64,000 nt of DNA from Candidatus Bathyarchaeota archaeon (GTDB lineage: Archaea > Thermoproteota > Bathyarchaeia > Bathyarchaeales > Bathycorpusculaceae): NCBI GenBank assembly GCA_963733095.1, contig CAVTBV010000012.1:64001-128000 (forward strand), in the 5' to 3' direction. A program made the position numbers and the translations under genes. The notes beneath the pieces were generated by a model. It saw only the letters and a list, made by a program, of their open reading frames with translations. It was not told the DNA's origin and searched no databases. Of the stretch, positions 61,566 through 64,000 are shown in pieces. The stretch's first letter is position 1, and the number at the start of each line of letters is the position of its first letter.

Positions 61566-62447
61566 ATGTCTTCTAAACCAAAGAAGTATATCAACTGGTG
61601 GGGCATTGCAAGCGTTATCGTTTTTGCAGTTCTGTTAATATCGTATTTTTTAGTTAGGCTACCAACTGCAACTGCCGAGGTTCCTTTTGCTCAGGTTTTC
61701 TGGAGTGATTTCCTAACGCTTCTACCTTATTTAATTGTAGGTGTTTTTAGCTTTGTCTTTGGTTTCTTGGATTTATCAGACAAATTTCCAGATTTGGGGG
61801 TAAAATTACCCTTATCAAACAAGTATGGATGGGGTTACCTTATCTTTAACACGTTTGTACCGATAGTTCTATTGTATGCTTACCTCGATTATCTCCCTAC
61901 TCTCGGGGTTCCAAAAATCGGCGATGTGTGGATTACATCTTTCGTGGTAGCCTTAGCTTTTCCAATGTTAATCAGAAGCAAATTTTTTAGTTATACCAAT
62001 TCATCTGGGGATAATGTCTCAGTTGGTTTTGATCAAATATATGATAGACTAACAGAGGCATTTGTAGAAAAAATATCGAGAAGCTCAAGGGCTCCCCAAC
62101 AAAGGTGTGTGCTTCTTAAGAGAGCCGCAGGTTTATTCAGTAAAGCAGAAGACCTAAAGAAAGAAGCAGATATGCTAACTAGAACCCGACCTGATTGGAA
62201 CAAAGAAAGGCGAGAAAAGGAAAATGAGTCGATCAATAAGATCATGTCTTCAAGCGACCCAGATGAGAATAAAAAGTTGGATTTGGCAAACTATATTCTA
62301 ACAACAGGAGGAGAAGAGTATTTCCAAGAGATGATTTTAAGATCGCCAGCAACCCAGCCTGAAAAGGACAAAACCCTACTTAATCTAAGTGACCTATCAA
62401 AAAGTCTAAGCGGGTCTTTTGTTGTTTCAGGGAGCGCAATAACATAG
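61566..62447 (+). CDS. 4-TM membrane protein with a helical cytoplasmic domain
   Basis: GWGYLIFN, P.LIRSKFF......VSVG...IY motifs; GGTG SD. Confidence 0.75.
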   Translation: MSSKPKKYINWWGIASVIVFAVLLISYFLVRLPTATAEVPFAQVFWSDFLTLLPYLIVGVFSFVFGFLDLSDKFPDLGVKLPLSNKYGWGYLIFNTFVPIVLLYAYLDYLPTLGVPKIGDVWITSFVVALAFPMLIRSKFFSYTNSSGDNVSVGFDQIYDRLTEAFVEKISRSSRAPQQRCVLLKRAAGLFSKAEDLKKEADMLTRTRPDWNKERREKENESINKIMSSSDPDENKKLDLANYILTTGGEEYFQEMILRSPATQPEKDKTLLNLSDLSKSLSGSFVVSGSAIT

Positions 62448-62551
62448 ACTGATTTGCTCTTGTAGATCTTACATCTCAAAACTTGTCTAATTTTACACAA
62501 GGCAATAGGGTTTAATAAGAGAAATTCGACGCCCTAAACGACTTTCGTATT

Positions 62552-64000
62552 TCAACTTGTACTGAAACGGCTCACTTTAACAAAGGGAAATTTCTCATTA
62601 CTTTTGGGTGGATAATCAAACTTTTGATTAAATAAAATGTCATCCATCACGTAAGGTTCGCTATGTTCACTTTTCTGTTCTTCAAAAAGGCTGAAGCTAT
62701 CGTATGTTCCACGGGCACGTTTAAGGTCAGCTTGAAGCAACCTTGAAACTTTAGCTTTGTCTAAACTTACGGGTTTTTCAGCCCAAAACCCTAAAGGCAA
62801 ACTCAGAGCAACTTTGTTCTTGGTCTTTAATGTGTGCTTAACCTCAATACGTGTGGTGAAAGGAAACTCTGGGTTATCCCATAATCGAAAATAATCCTCG
62901 ATGAAGTAGTGCCACGCATGCCTACCATAAACGCGAATTGGTTTTCCCTCTTCTCGCATCATGTAGGTTTTAGCTCGGAAACTCGCAAGTTCACCTTTGC
63001 CTTTGACTTCCATTACAACTGGAATACTCAATTCACCGTTTGTTAACTCAGCATGATTACCTGACATATCGGTGGCACTAAAGATTGAATCAGTGTCCAT
63101 GCCTAAAATTGCGGTGGGGCAACGGTCAAAAAGAAGACTCATTGTTAAGTGGCTGTGGGCTAATATGGTGCTGAAAGCTGGATAATTGGTGGTTAAGGCT
63201 TCAGGGTGACTTTGTCCGAGTTTGCCATAAGTGGAATTGAGGACTGCTTTAGAGTACCTTGATTGCTTCTCGTCTAATTTGCCTTCTACGCGGTCACAGA
63301 GCATTTGATTGAACTTTGTTTGTATCTGCTTTCGTGAGGAGTCAAAGGCGGGTCTGTAAGCTTTGGCAATCCACAAGGGTTTAGCTTTGGCTGCAGCGAG
63401 GTCGAAGGTGTGGAACATGCCTGTGACTTTGCCGTTGACATAGGTGACTTGTTTGGCTTGGATTGGCAGTCCCCACATTTTGTTTTCAGTGGTGAAGCAG
63501 CCCACTAACCACCCGAACCTCTGTTCGTTCAAGTCTGAGCTTATGGGGACATCGTCGGGTTCACAGGGTTCCACGCCGTCGATTGTTAAGGCTGAGGTTG
63601 CAAAGATGGAACATGGATAAAGCGATTTCACGTCGTTGTAGTAAGCGTGTTTAGTGTAGCCCACTGTGAACATTTCGCTGCGTCCTGCAGCGGTGCTCTG
63701 GGCGATCATGCGTTCAATCGGTGGAATCAACATGCGACCCTGCAGCCGCTTATGACGCTTAGGGAACCGAAAATATTCAGCCGCTATGCTGCCTGCACTT
63801 GCGTAGACGCGTGGATCGCAATTGTTGTTTTCGATAAGCCAATGAGCAGCTTTAGCGGTGATCACAGCGTCGTTTAAAGCATACGTCCTAAAGATGTCAT
63901 ATTCTTGCTCTGTTTGCCATTTACGCAACCCTAAGAAATCAGGTTTATCGAGCTTGGGCACACCGACTAAAACGCCGACATCGGCTAAACGTCGAAACCC
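62552..64000 (-). CDS. polB: Family B DNA polymerase, protein-primed-like (5' end beyond the window)
   Basis: ExoIII YALNDA, GRSE, motif A DVKSLYP, motif B KAVLNSTYGK, motif C DTDS, KTY; frame open to 64000 (GFRRLADVGVLVGVPKL). Confidence 0.92.
   Translation of the reverse strand, partial: GFRRLADVGVLVGVPKLDKPDFLGLRKWQTEQEYDIFRTYALNDAVITAKAAHWLIENNNCDPRVYASAGSIAAEYFRFPKRHKRLQGRMLIPPIERMIAQSTAAGRSEMFTVGYTKHAYYNDVKSLYPCSIFATSALTIDGVEPCEPDDVPISSDLNEQRFGWLVGCFTTENKMWGLPIQAKQVTYVNGKVTGMFHTFDLAAAKAKPLWIAKAYRPAFDSSRKQIQTKFNQMLCDRVEGKLDEKQSRYSKAVLNSTYGKLGQSHPEALTTNYPAFSTILAHSHLTMSLLFDRCPTAILGMDTDSIFSATDMSGNHAELTNGELSIPVVMEVKGKGELASFRAKTYMMREEGKPIRVYGRHAWHYFIEDYFRLWDNPEFPFTTRIEVKHTLKTKNKVALSLPLGFWAEKPVSLDKAKVSRLLQADLKRARGTYDSFSLFEEQKSEHSEPYVMDDILFNQKFDYPPKSNEKFPFVKVSRFSTS

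Larger units (their letters stand above)
52200..64000. mobile_element. Integrated element with tyrosine recombinase and family B DNA polymerase (right end beyond the window)
   Basis: Recombinase at left, PolB at right, AT-rich orphan and defence-like cargo between, no housekeeping genes; left boundary approximate. Confidence 0.75.

Overview
Archaeal chromosomal window, most likely Bathyarchaeia or a related TACK lineage. This is inferred from eL14, Cbf5, Top6A/B, ABCE1, TrmY, Dph6, aIF5B, a BHB-intron tRNA and TATA/BRE promoters. Positions 1 to ~50 kb are an intact housekeeping backbone with four tRNA genes (Thr-UGU, Thr-CGU, Pro-UGG, intron-containing Ser-GGA), many decayed accessory genes, a GC-rich katG abutting a monofunctional catalase stub, and a ~3 kb islet bounded by a duplicated tRNA-Ser 3' end. 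From ~52.2 kb to the right edge lies an AT-rich integrated element. It carries an atypical tyrosine recombinase, a compact protein-primed-like family B DNA polymerase that runs off the window, a pair of palindrome-containing repeats, and defence-like cargo (EVE-TM fusion, HEPN-like protein). The most unusual signals are: (i) this recombinase+PolB element; (ii) three long GU-containing intergenic hairpins with shared motifs and their own TATA boxes, a candidate new ncRNA family; (iii) two tRNA-Thr genes with a non-canonical A18 and A54-G55 elbow; (iv) an unannotated 22-aa Glu/Trp microprotein with a perfect SD and promoter upstream of ABCE1; (v) Dph6 translationally coupled to a stand-alone glutaminase. 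All calls are from reading the sequence by eye; no database searches or folding programs were run.
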